From Gaiellales bacterium (GTDB lineage Bacteria; Actinomycetota; Thermoleophilia; Gaiellales; JAICJC01), in contig DASSEV010000043.1 of the NCBI GenBank assembly GCA_035695105.1, forward strand, positions 3,304-67,303: DNA of 64,000 bases, read 5' to 3'. The notes beneath the pieces were generated by a model, which had not been told where the DNA came from, did not search any database, and worked only from the letters and a program-made list of their open reading frames with translations. How positions within the stretch are numbered: the stretch's first letter is position 1; every line of letters starts with the position of its first letter. Both the position numbers and the translations under genes were made by a program. This document shows, in pieces, positions 9,509 to 18,082 of this stretch.

Positions 9509-11185
9509 GTGAAGAGCAGCCTCGAGATCGCGCAGGAAGCAACGCTCCGGCCGATCATGGACGTGGCCCGCGACATGGGGCTGGAGGAGGACGAGGTCGA
9601 CCTGTACGGCAAGTACAAGGCGAAGGTCGACCTGGGCGTGATCGACCGGCTGTCGGGGGCGCCCGACGCGAAGATCATCTGCGTCTCGGCGATCACCCCG
9701 ACCAAGGCGGGCGAGGGCAAGACCACCACCTCGGTGTCGCTGACGCAGGGCCTCGGGCACATCGGCAAGCGGCCGATCCTGTGCCTGCGCGAGCCGTCGC
9801 TGGGCCCGATCTTCGGGATCAAGGGCGGCGCGGCCGGCGGCGGCCTGACGCAGGTCGTCCCGATGGAGGACCTGAACCTGCACTTCACCGGCGACTTCCA
9901 TGCCGTTGCGGCGGCCAACAACATGCTGGCCGCGTTCATCGACCGCCACATCTTCTACGGCAACGAGTGCCGCATTGCTCCACACGGCGTGACCTGGCGG
10001 CGGGCGGTCGACATGAACGACCGCAACCTCCGTAACATCGTGTCGGGCCTCGGCGGCGCGACGCACGGCATCCCGCGCGAGACCGGCTTCGACATCGTCG
10101 CCGCCTCCGAGGTGATGGCGATCATGGGCATGGCCACCTCGCTGCAGGACCTCCGCAAGCGGATCGGGTCGATCACGGTCGGCTACGACGTCGACGGCAA
10201 CCCGGTCACCGCCGAGCAGATGGGTTGCGCGGGCGCGATGACCGTGCTGCTCAAGGACGCGCTGAAGCCGAACCTGATCCAGACGCTCGAGGGCCAGCCG
10301 TGCTTCATGCACATCGGCCCCTTCGGCAACATCGCCCACGGCAACAGCTCGATCGTGGCCGACCTCGCCGGCCGCAAGCTGGGCGAGTACCTGGTCACCG
10401 AGGCCGGGTTCGGCAGCGACCTGGGCATGGAGAAGTTCATGGACATCGTCTGCCGCGCCGGTGGGTTCGCGCCCAACGCGGTGGTGATGGTGGCGACGGC
10501 CAAGGCGCTGAAGCACCACGCCGGGCTCGAGGACGACCCGCGCAACTCGACCGCCGACAACCTCAAGGCGATCGAGGAGGGCTCGCAGAACCTGGCCCGG
10601 CACATCCAGAACGCCAAGGAGTTCGGCGTGCCCTGTGTGGTCGCGGCCAACCGCTTCCCGGGCGACACCGACGAGGAGGTCGAGCTTGTCCAGAAGCTGG
10701 CGATGGAGCACGGGGCCCACGCGGCGGTGCTGAACGAGGGCTTCTCGCGTGGGGGCGAGGGCGCGGCCGAGATGGCCGAGGCCGTCGCGGACGCCTGCGA
10801 GCAGCCGAACAGCTTCAACTTCATGTACGAGGACTCCGACCCGATCGACGCCAAGATCGAGAAGATCGCGAAGCGCGTCTACCGGGCGGACGGGGTCGAC
10901 TTCCTGCCGGCCGCGCAGCAGAAGATCGAGCAGTTCACTCGCGACGGGCTGACCGGCCTCTCGATCTGCATGGCCAAGACGCACCTGTCGCTCTCGGCCG
11001 ATCCGTCGCTGGCGAACGCGCCGACCGGCTTCCGGATCCCGGTGCGGGACATCCGTCCGTACACCGGGGCAGGGTTCCTGACCGCGCTCTGCGGGGACAT
11101 CATGCAGATGCCCGGGCTGGGGAAGACGCCGGCCGGGTTCAACGTCGATATCGACGAGAATGGCCGCACCATCGGACTCTTCTAG
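9509..11185 (+). CDS. fhs: Formate--tetrahydrofolate ligase
   Basis: 558 aa. P-loop TPTKAGEGKTTTSV and the family-typical N terminus (LEIAQEATLRPI). AAGGAG RBS about 8 nt upstream of the GTG. Confidence 0.95.
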   Translation: MKSSLEIAQEATLRPIMDVARDMGLEEDEVDLYGKYKAKVDLGVIDRLSGAPDAKIICVSAITPTKAGEGKTTTSVSLTQGLGHIGKRPILCLREPSLGPIFGIKGGAAGGGLTQVVPMEDLNLHFTGDFHAVAAANNMLAAFIDRHIFYGNECRIAPHGVTWRRAVDMNDRNLRNIVSGLGGATHGIPRETGFDIVAASEVMAIMGMATSLQDLRKRIGSITVGYDVDGNPVTAEQMGCAGAMTVLLKDALKPNLIQTLEGQPCFMHIGPFGNIAHGNSSIVADLAGRKLGEYLVTEAGFGSDLGMEKFMDIVCRAGGFAPNAVVMVATAKALKHHAGLEDDPRNSTADNLKAIEEGSQNLARHIQNAKEFGVPCVVAANRFPGDTDEEVELVQKLAMEHGAHAAVLNEGFSRGGEGAAEMAEAVADACEQPNSFNFMYEDSDPIDAKIEKIAKRVYRADGVDFLPAAQQKIEQFTRDGLTGLSICMAKTHLSLSADPSLANAPTGFRIPVRDIRPYTGAGFLTALCGDIMQMPGLGKTPAGFNVDIDENGRTIGLF

Positions 11186-11783
11186 CGGCGACGGCTTCGA
11201 CCCGTACCTGGGCTCGACGGTCGAGGGCCTGCTCGAGCAGCTGGCCGCCCGCACGCCGGCCCCGGGGGGCGGCGCGGCCGCCGCGCTGACGTGCGCGATG
11301 GCCGCGGCACTGGTCGAGATGGCGACGTCGTTCGCCTCGGCGCACGGCCTCGAGGCGGTGCACGACCGCGCCCACCGCATCCGCGAGGAGGTCTCCGGCC
11401 TCGCGTACGCGGACGGGCGGGCCTACGGCGTGGTGCTCGATGCGCTGCGGATGGATCCGGGCGAGGCGCGCACCCAGTCGCTCGACGATGCGGTGTCCGG
11501 GGCGATCGGGGTGCCAATGCGTGTGCTCGAGCTGGCCAGCGAGGTGGCGATGCTGGCGGCGGATGTCGCCGAGACCGGCAACAGGAACCTGGAGGGAGAC
11601 GCGCTGGCGGGCTCGCTGCTTGCGGAGGCGGCGGCCCGGTCGGCGGCCACGCTCGCACAGCTGAACGCGAGCATGCTGTCGCGCCACGCCGTTGCGGACG
11701 CGCACCTGGAACGGCTGCGGCCGGCGCTGGCCCGGGCGACGCGCGCACGGGAGCGCGCGGTCACCGCGTACACGCACGTGTAG
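11160..11783 (+). CDS. fchA: Methenyl-THF cyclohydrolase of the cyclodeaminase (FTCD_C) family
   Basis: 207 aa. The motif LLEQLAARTPAPGGGAAAALTCAMAAALVEMA is characteristic of FTCD_C / FchA. Overlaps the fhs 3' end by 26 nt, and no alternative in-frame start lies downstream. Confidence 0.75.
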   Translation: MAAPSDSSSGDGFDPYLGSTVEGLLEQLAARTPAPGGGAAAALTCAMAAALVEMATSFASAHGLEAVHDRAHRIREEVSGLAYADGRAYGVVLDALRMDPGEARTQSLDDAVSGAIGVPMRVLELASEVAMLAADVAETGNRNLEGDALAGSLLAEAAARSAATLAQLNASMLSRHAVADAHLERLRPALARATRARERAVTAYTHV

Positions 11784-11789
11784 CGACGC

Positions 11790-12152
11790 TCAGCGGTGCG
11801 GCGTCGTGTCCACCGGCCGCATGCCGACCAGTGGATCCTGGTTCGTCCGCGCGTCGACGATCGAGTCGCCGAACGCATGGCGCGCCTCCTCCTCACCGGG
11901 CGACCGCTCGGCACGCGTGTACCAGCGGTAGACGCCGGCCAGCAGCAGCGCGATGCCGCCGAAGGCGAGGATGGTGCGGATCACGTCGACCGCGTGCGTC
12001 GGGGCCGGTGCCGCGCCGTTCGGCGTCCCGTGCACGTGCGGTGCGGGCGTCCCCTGCAGGACGAACCAGCCGACGATCGCCGCGACGACGCCGATCGTCA
12101 TCGCCGCCATCGCGAGCCGATCCGGTGCCGCCGCAGGACGCAAGCGTCTCAT
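11790..12152 (-). CDS. Hypothetical small membrane protein (two predicted TM helices)
   Basis: 120 aa with hydrophobic segments AMAAMTIGVVAAIVGWFVL and VIRTILAFGGIALLLAGVY. Lies downstream of the S9 peptidase on the same strand. No recognisable family. Confidence 0.5.
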   Translation of the reverse strand: MRRLRPAAAPDRLAMAAMTIGVVAAIVGWFVLQGTPAPHVHGTPNGAAPAPTHAVDVIRTILAFGGIALLLAGVYRWYTRAERSPGEEEARHAFGDSIVDARTNQDPLVGMRPVDTTPHR

Positions 12153-12188
12153 ACGCTCATGATACGTCCGTCACGACCGTTGGTCGAC

Positions 12189-14150
12189 TCAGCGCATGTG
12201 CTGCTTGAACCAGCCGACGATCCGCTCCATCCGGTCGACCCGCCGATCGGGACGCGCGCTCGACGCCATCGAGTGGCTGCTCTGCGGGTACAGCACGTAC
12301 TCGACCTCCCGTCCGAGCATCCGCAGCGCCACGAACAGCTGCTCGTTGTCGGCCGGCGGGCAGCGCAGGTCGGCCTCGCCCTGCAGGATCAGGAGCGGCG
12401 TGTGGATGTTCGCCACGTGCTTCAGCGGCGACTGCCTCCACAGCGAGTCGAGGCCCTCCGGCGTGATCGTGTCGCCCAGCCCCTCCTGGTTGTTGTAGAG
12501 GTAGCCGACGTCGCAGTGCGCGTAGGCCGACACCTGGTTCGTCACGCCGTTCGACGACACCGCGGCCGCGAACCGGTCGCTCGTCCCGACCAGCCAGTTG
12601 ACCATGAAGCCGCCGTAGCTGTTGCCCCAGCAGCCGAGCCGCTTGGGGTCCGACAGCCCGGCCTTGACCAGGTGGTCGAGCACGGCGTGGCAGTCCGCCG
12701 CGTCGACGTCGCCCCACCGGCCGTTCAGCGCTGCGATCCAGTCCCGGCCGCGGTCGAACGACCCACGGATGTTGGGCCGCACCACCCGGTACCCGGCCGC
12801 AGCGAGCATGTGCGACGTGGCGTCGGCCGCGATCGGCCAGGCCCAGGTCGGGCCGCCGTGGACGTCGATGATGGTCGGGAGCCGCTTGCGCCCTGCGCCG
12901 ACCGGCGAGAGCACGAACGTCTGGATCGGCCCGGCAGGGCCCTTGATCGTCAGCTCCTCCTGCGTTGGGCGGGCGCGGCCGGCCAGCCACGAGTCGCCCA
13001 CCTTCGTCAGGCGGCGCGGGGCCCGTCCCGGCTCAAGCGCGTAGACGTCCATCCCGTCATACGTGCCGAGCGTCATCAGCGCCGCCACGCGGTCGCCCGC
13101 GCCGGCGAGCTCCGCCGTGCATGGGTCGAGCGCGGGGTCGACCAGCTGCTCGAGCCCGTCGTCGCTGACGCGGGTTGGTATCTCGCGGCCGTTGTCCGCG
13201 ATGACGGTGAGGCGCTCGTCGTTGCCGCCGCCCTGCCCGGCGAAGCGGTCGAGGTCGCCGGTCAGCGGCGTCCCCGACCCGTCGGCGGCGACGCGCCAGA
13301 CCTGCCAGGGGTCCTCGGACATCGGCGTGCGCGTCGCCAGTGCCACGCAGATCAGGGTGCCGTCCGCATCCCACGAGAAGCGCGAGACCTCGCCCTCGAG
13401 CCTGCTGCGCTGACGCACCCGGCCGCCCACGTCGACCACGTAGACCTGGTGGTGCTGCTCCGGGTCGGCGGCGCGGTTCGCGATGAACCCGATCGTCTTG
13501 CCGCCCGGGTGCGGACGGACGTGCCCGGCGAGCCAGGGGCCCTTCGTCAGGCGCCGGGCCCGGCCGCCGGTCGTGACCAGATGGACATGGCGTGGATGGT
13601 CGAGCAGGCCCTCGCCGTCCATCCGCCAGTCCAGCCGCCGCAATACGCGGGCGGTCGCGGTCGTGTCGCGCCGGTCGTCAAGGTCGGCGTCGCGCTCGCC
13701 GACCAGGACGTGCGAGCCCTCGTCGGTCGCGAGCACGGCGAGCGCCCGGCCGTCGGGCATCCACTCGGCTTCGAGCACGCCGCGGCGGAAGCTCGTCACC
13801 TGCTGGGCCTCGCCGCCGTCCAGGGGCAGCAGCAGCAGCTGGGAGGTTCCCTCGCGCTCGCGGTCGGACAGGAACGCGATCGTGCCGCCGTCCGGCGAGA
13901 ACCGGGGACGGGTGTCCGACCAGGCGCCGTAGGTCAGGCGCTGCGGCCTCCCGCCGGTGAAGGAGACGATCCAGATGCTGGAGCGATCCTTGCCGGAGAC
14001 GACCGTGCGCTCGCTGTAGGCGACCTTGGATCCGTCGGGGGAGATGTCGATGCCGCCGATCAGGCGCTCACGCAGCAGGTCAGCGGGGGAGAGGCGGGAT
14101 AGGATGGGCTGAGGCATGGCCGGGGAGTATCCCCGGTTCGCGGAGGTCAT
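12189..14150 (-). CDS. S9 family serine peptidase (prolyl oligopeptidase / acylaminoacyl-peptidase type) with an N-terminal beta-propeller
   Basis: Catalytic Ser motif GNSYGGFMV. Downstream Asp (GEADLRCP) and His (SSHSM). The start is uncertain: ATG at 14150, 14117 or the track's 14213. The last would overlap the divergent gene that starts at 14157. Confidence 0.85.
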   Translation of the reverse strand: MTSANRGYSPAMPQPILSRLSPADLLRERLIGGIDISPDGSKVAYSERTVVSGKDRSSIWIVSFTGGRPQRLTYGAWSDTRPRFSPDGGTIAFLSDREREGTSQLLLLPLDGGEAQQVTSFRRGVLEAEWMPDGRALAVLATDEGSHVLVGERDADLDDRRDTTATARVLRRLDWRMDGEGLLDHPRHVHLVTTGGRARRLTKGPWLAGHVRPHPGGKTIGFIANRAADPEQHHQVYVVDVGGRVRQRSRLEGEVSRFSWDADGTLICVALATRTPMSEDPWQVWRVAADGSGTPLTGDLDRFAGQGGGNDERLTVIADNGREIPTRVSDDGLEQLVDPALDPCTAELAGAGDRVAALMTLGTYDGMDVYALEPGRAPRRLTKVGDSWLAGRARPTQEELTIKGPAGPIQTFVLSPVGAGRKRLPTIIDVHGGPTWAWPIAADATSHMLAAAGYRVVRPNIRGSFDRGRDWIAALNGRWGDVDAADCHAVLDHLVKAGLSDPKRLGCWGNSYGGFMVNWLVGTSDRFAAAVSSNGVTNQVSAYAHCDVGYLYNNQEGLGDTITPEGLDSLWRQSPLKHVANIHTPLLILQGEADLRCPPADNEQLFVALRMLGREVEYVLYPQSSHSMASSARPDRRVDRMERIVGWFKQHMR

Positions 14151-14156
14151 GACGCG

Positions 14157-15962
14157 GTGAACGACATCGCAGCATTCCTTGGCCGGTACCAGCCGTTCTC
14201 CGGCGCGGATCAATCACAGCTCGAACAGCTCGCCGCAGGGGCTCGCGTGCTCCACCCCGACGCCGGCGCGGTGGTCCTCGCCGAGGATGGCGCCGTCTCC
14301 ACCGGCGTCTACGTGGTGCGCGAGGGAGCGGTCGAGCTGGTGCACGACGACGAGGTGGTCGACGTGCTCGACGTCGGCGAGGTGTTCGGCCATCCCTCGA
14401 TGCTGACCGGCCGGGCGCCCGCGTTCACCGTGCGCGCGCGCGACCGCTCCGAGCTGATCCTGATCCCGGCGGAGCTGGCCGTGCCGCACATGAGCAGCGC
14501 GTTCGTGGCCGCGACGCTCCGCGCGCGGATGGTGCGGACCGGTCAGGTCGCCCATGCGCAGGCGGACGTCCGCACCGCCCCCCTGGGCGACCTCGTGCAC
14601 CGGCCCGCGGCCATCTGCGCGCCGACGGACACCGTCCGCGAGGCGGCGCGGCGGATGGCCGAGAAGGACGTGTCCTGCATCCTGGTCGACGTCGGCGACG
14701 GCTGGGGGGTGCTGACCGACTCCGACCTGCGGCGCAAGCTGGTCGCCGAGGGCCTGCCCTACGAGACGCCCGTCTCCCAGCTGATGGTGCAGCGGGCGAT
14801 GACCGTCCCGCCCGACCGGCTGGCGATCGACGCCATGATCGACATGCTCGACCTCGGCATCCACCACCTGCCGGTGGTCGACTCCCGCGGGACGCCGCTT
14901 GGCATCGTCACTGCGACCGACCTGATGTACCTCGAGGGCCGCACGCCGTTCGCGGTGCGCCGCGGCATCAGCAAGGCCGAGACGCCGGATCAGGTTGTCG
15001 AGGCCGCCCGCTACCTGCCGCAGACGATCGTGGCCCTCACCCGCGCCGGCGTCAGCTCAGTGGACGCCTGCCGCGTGCTTGCGCTGTCAGGCGACACGGC
15101 CACGGGCCGGCTGCTTGAGCTGGCGTGGCAGCGGCACGGCGCTCCGCCGTGCGCGTGGGCGTGGATGGCGCTCGGCAGCGTCGCGCGCCGCGAGCAGACG
15201 CTCGCATCCGACCAGGACAACGCGTTCGCGTACGACGATCCGGGCGGCGAGGAAGTGGACGGGTTCTTCGCCGCGGTCTGCGACGAGGTCAACACCGACC
15301 TCGAGCGCTGCGGCTTCGGCGCCGACCATGCCGACGTCCTCGCACGAAACCGGCAGTGGCGGATGAGCAGGCGGGAATGGGAGGGGGTGCTGGCCGACTG
15401 CCTCGAGCACCCCGACCGGTCCCACCTGATCCGCGCGGCGGTGTCGTTCGACTTCCGGCATGTGGCCGGTGGTCTCGAGATCGTCCGCCCGCTGGTGACG
15501 ATCGAGCGGCAGGCGCCGGCGCATCCGGACTTCGTCGCGCGCCTCGCGCGCACCGCCACGGACTTCACGCCTCCGCTGGGCCGTCGAGGGCGGCTGGCAA
15601 CCGACGATGACGGCCGCATCGATCTCAAGCGCCGCGGGATCATCCCGATCGTCAACCTCGCCAGGTTTCACGCCATCGCAGCGGGGGTGACCGTGTCGTC
15701 GACGGTCGAGCGGCTCGCGGCCACCCAGGCGGCCGGTCAGTTGAGCGCCGAGGCCGCCTCCGAGCTGCGGGAGGTGTTCGACCTGATCCTGCGCCTGCGG
15801 CTGGAGCAGCAGGTGGCGCAGGTGGAGCGCGGCGAGGAGCCCGGCAACCTGCTCGATCCGGGCGATCTGCCGCCGCTCACGCGCACGCAGATGGTGCAGG
15901 CCTTCCAGGTCGTCGCGCACCACCAGAAGCTGCTCGGCAGGTACGTACCGATCGGACTTTGA
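14157..15962 (+). CDS. cNMP-binding / tandem CBS / DUF294 nucleotidyltransferase-domain protein
   Basis: 601 aa. N-terminal cyclic-nucleotide-binding-like region. CBS-type segments (ICAPTDTVREAARRMAEKDVSCILV and HHLPVVDSRGTPLGIVTATDL). GlnD-like NTase motif ASDQDNAFAYDD. Confidence 0.8.
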   Translation: MNDIAAFLGRYQPFSGADQSQLEQLAAGARVLHPDAGAVVLAEDGAVSTGVYVVREGAVELVHDDEVVDVLDVGEVFGHPSMLTGRAPAFTVRARDRSELILIPAELAVPHMSSAFVAATLRARMVRTGQVAHAQADVRTAPLGDLVHRPAAICAPTDTVREAARRMAEKDVSCILVDVGDGWGVLTDSDLRRKLVAEGLPYETPVSQLMVQRAMTVPPDRLAIDAMIDMLDLGIHHLPVVDSRGTPLGIVTATDLMYLEGRTPFAVRRGISKAETPDQVVEAARYLPQTIVALTRAGVSSVDACRVLALSGDTATGRLLELAWQRHGAPPCAWAWMALGSVARREQTLASDQDNAFAYDDPGGEEVDGFFAAVCDEVNTDLERCGFGADHADVLARNRQWRMSRREWEGVLADCLEHPDRSHLIRAAVSFDFRHVAGGLEIVRPLVTIERQAPAHPDFVARLARTATDFTPPLGRRGRLATDDDGRIDLKRRGIIPIVNLARFHAIAAGVTVSSTVERLAATQAAGQLSAEAASELREVFDLILRLRLEQQVAQVERGEEPGNLLDPGDLPPLTRTQMVQAFQVVAHHQKLLGRYVPIGL

Positions 15963-16038
15963 ATCACCCTTTACAAGCGTCCGGCCGGCGTGGTTGACTA
16001 GTCGCGACATCTGTCACCAGGCATGGAAGGGAGCGCGT

Positions 16039-17568
16039 ATGTCCGAAGTCGAATCAGGCGTTCCGGAATACGAGGGAGGCGGCCTCAGCCGCGAGACCAA
16101 CTGGTGGGGAGCCTTCGTCATCGGCCTCGCCGGAACCATCCTCGTCACCGGTATCGCGCCGGTCATGGTGACATCGCTGGGGGCGGCGTCGATTCCGGTC
16201 ATGGTGGTGATCACCATCACCGGCTACCTGCTCTGCCTCCTGCTGGCGGAGCTCTCCGCGATGATGCCGGAGCGGACCGGAGGGTCACCGACCTACGCGT
16301 ACGTGGGCTTCAAGCGGCGCTGGCCGCGGTTCGCGGAGCACGTCAACGGCTTCACCTCCTGGGCGTACTGGCTCGGGTGGTTCCCGGTTGCACCGTTGAA
16401 CATGATCCTCGCGTCGTTCTACATCGCGGACAAGTTCAACCTGAACCTCACCAGCGGTGTGACCCCGATCCACACGTTCATCGCGTACTGGACGATCGCG
16501 ATCGCGATCGTCGGCATCCTGATCGTGTTCATCCCGGCATGGCTGGGCATCCGCCTGGGCGCGCTGTTTGCGACCGTGCTGGGGCTGCTGTCCATGATCC
16601 CGCTCACGCTGCTCGCGATCATGCCGATCTTCAAGCCGTCCGTCGCCAACTGGGGCAACCTGTCCGGGTTCCATCAGCTCGACGGCAGCGGGTTCTTCAC
16701 CAACGCCTATGGGCACAGCTGGCTTGTCATCTACATCGCGTTCTCGTTCCTGCTCACCTGGAACGTGATCGCGATGGAGGCCGCGGCGTGCTACATCGGT
16801 GAGTGTCGCGATCCCGAGCACGATGCGAAGATCGCGATGAACCTCGAGGGCCTCTACGGCCTGTTCATCTACACCATGATCCCGGTCGCGTTCGTGGTGG
16901 TGTTCGGAGCTCATCTGGCCGATCCGGCGCTGGTCGATCCAAAGACGATCTTCACGAACTTTGCATCGGCCGTCTTCGGCACCGGGGCGAGCTGGCTGGA
17001 CTGGGCGATCGCGATCATGCTGATCATCGCGCTGATGCTCTCGGTGCTGAACGCGATCATGGGCTCGGCGCGGGCGCTACATCAGATGTCGATCGACGGC
17101 GAGTTCCCGCGCATCTTCTCGAGCGTCAACCGCCACGGCGTCCCCGCATTCTCCATGGGGTTCAACGTCGTCTGTTCGATCGCGCTGATCTTCACCGGCG
17201 GGGCCGTCGAGATCTACTCGCTCTCGAACGTCGGGTACTTGGCGTCGTTCATTCCGGTGCTGATCTGCTACTACCTGCTCCGCGTGGACGAGCCGGACAA
17301 GAGGCGCCCGGTTCGGCTTCCGGGGTTCTTCAAGTGGATCGCGCTCGGAATGGCGGCCGCGTACTTCGTGATCTGGTCGTTCGGTGGCCTGGTGTACACC
17401 TCGCTGCCGAACCCGGCGCTCGGCGGCAACGACACGCGGGTGTACTTCTTCATCGGATGGCTCATCCTGCTGTCCTACCTGCCGCTGTACTGGTACAGGA
17501 AGAAGGTCGAGGATCCGAAGCACGCGGGTGACATGGCAAACGCTGCCGCGCCCGCGGCGGGGGACTGA
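16039..17568 (+). CDS. APC-superfamily amino acid/amine permease
   Basis: About 12 hydrophobic helices. ATG at 16039 is preceded by the GGAAGGGAG RBS. The track start at 15994 lacks an RBS. Confidence 0.8.
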   Translation: MSEVESGVPEYEGGGLSRETNWWGAFVIGLAGTILVTGIAPVMVTSLGAASIPVMVVITITGYLLCLLLAELSAMMPERTGGSPTYAYVGFKRRWPRFAEHVNGFTSWAYWLGWFPVAPLNMILASFYIADKFNLNLTSGVTPIHTFIAYWTIAIAIVGILIVFIPAWLGIRLGALFATVLGLLSMIPLTLLAIMPIFKPSVANWGNLSGFHQLDGSGFFTNAYGHSWLVIYIAFSFLLTWNVIAMEAAACYIGECRDPEHDAKIAMNLEGLYGLFIYTMIPVAFVVVFGAHLADPALVDPKTIFTNFASAVFGTGASWLDWAIAIMLIIALMLSVLNAIMGSARALHQMSIDGEFPRIFSSVNRHGVPAFSMGFNVVCSIALIFTGGAVEIYSLSNVGYLASFIPVLICYYLLRVDEPDKRRPVRLPGFFKWIALGMAAAYFVIWSFGGLVYTSLPNPALGGNDTRVYFFIGWLILLSYLPLYWYRKKVEDPKHAGDMANAAAPAAGD

Positions 17569-17582
17569 CCGGCGTCGATATG

Positions 17583-17616
17583 GTGGGGGCGATGCTGCGA
17601 GGTGCATCGCCCCCAC
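17583..17616 (+). terminator. Perfect 13-bp GC-rich hairpin 15 nt after the permease stop codon (probable intrinsic terminator without a U-tract)
   Basis: GTGGGGGCGATGC (17583-17595), 8-nt loop, GCATCGCCCCCAC (17604-17616). Confidence 0.55.
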
Positions 17617-17648
17617 CCGACCCCGACACGCTGGAGATCCGGCGGCTG

Positions 17649-18068
17649 ATGGTGGCGTCGGAGGGGCGGAAGATCACCCACGACGTGATCGTGCGGGCGA
17701 TGGAGCTGGCGCGGCCGCACGGCGCGAGCCTGTTCGTGATGACGATTGCGCGCGTGTGGGGAACCTCGCTCGGCTTTCCCAATCCCGGGCTGATGCCGTC
17801 GAGACACGAGTGGGATGAGCAGCGACTGATCGTTCGCGAAGCGGTGACGGCGTTCCAGAAGGCAGGATTCGAGGCTGACGGCATGGTGCTGGCGACCCGC
17901 CGAGGAGCGAAGCGCATCCTGCGCGAGGCACGCCGCCGGCAGGTCGATGCGATCGTGATGGGCGCCGACCCGAAGCGGAAGTTCCTGGGCGACTTCATCT
18001 GGTCGCAGGAGCCGCACCGGATCGCGCGCCGCTCCCGCAGCATCCCCGTCTATCTGGTCGGGGAGTAG
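17649..18068 (+). CDS. Universal stress protein (UspA family)
   Basis: USP-like pattern: DVIVRAMELARPHGASLFVM, then VDAIVMGADPKRKFLGDFIWS, then IPVYLV. I place the start at ATG 17649 (GGAG 12 nt upstream) because the track start at 17580 would translate through the terminator hairpin. Confidence 0.7.
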   Translation: MVASEGRKITHDVIVRAMELARPHGASLFVMTIARVWGTSLGFPNPGLMPSRHEWDEQRLIVREAVTAFQKAGFEADGMVLATRRGAKRILREARRRQVDAIVMGADPKRKFLGDFIWSQEPHRIARRSRSIPVYLVGE

Positions 18069-18082
18069 ACTCGGCTCGCCGT

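Noticed and set aside
17580-17648. Track start codons 17580 (USP), 37607 and 37760 (membrane protein), 20346 (purB), 15994 (permease) and 14213 (S9 peptidase)
   Set aside because: Each longest-ORF start runs through a terminator hairpin or repeat element, lacks an RBS, or overlaps a divergent gene. Internal starts give family-typical N termini.
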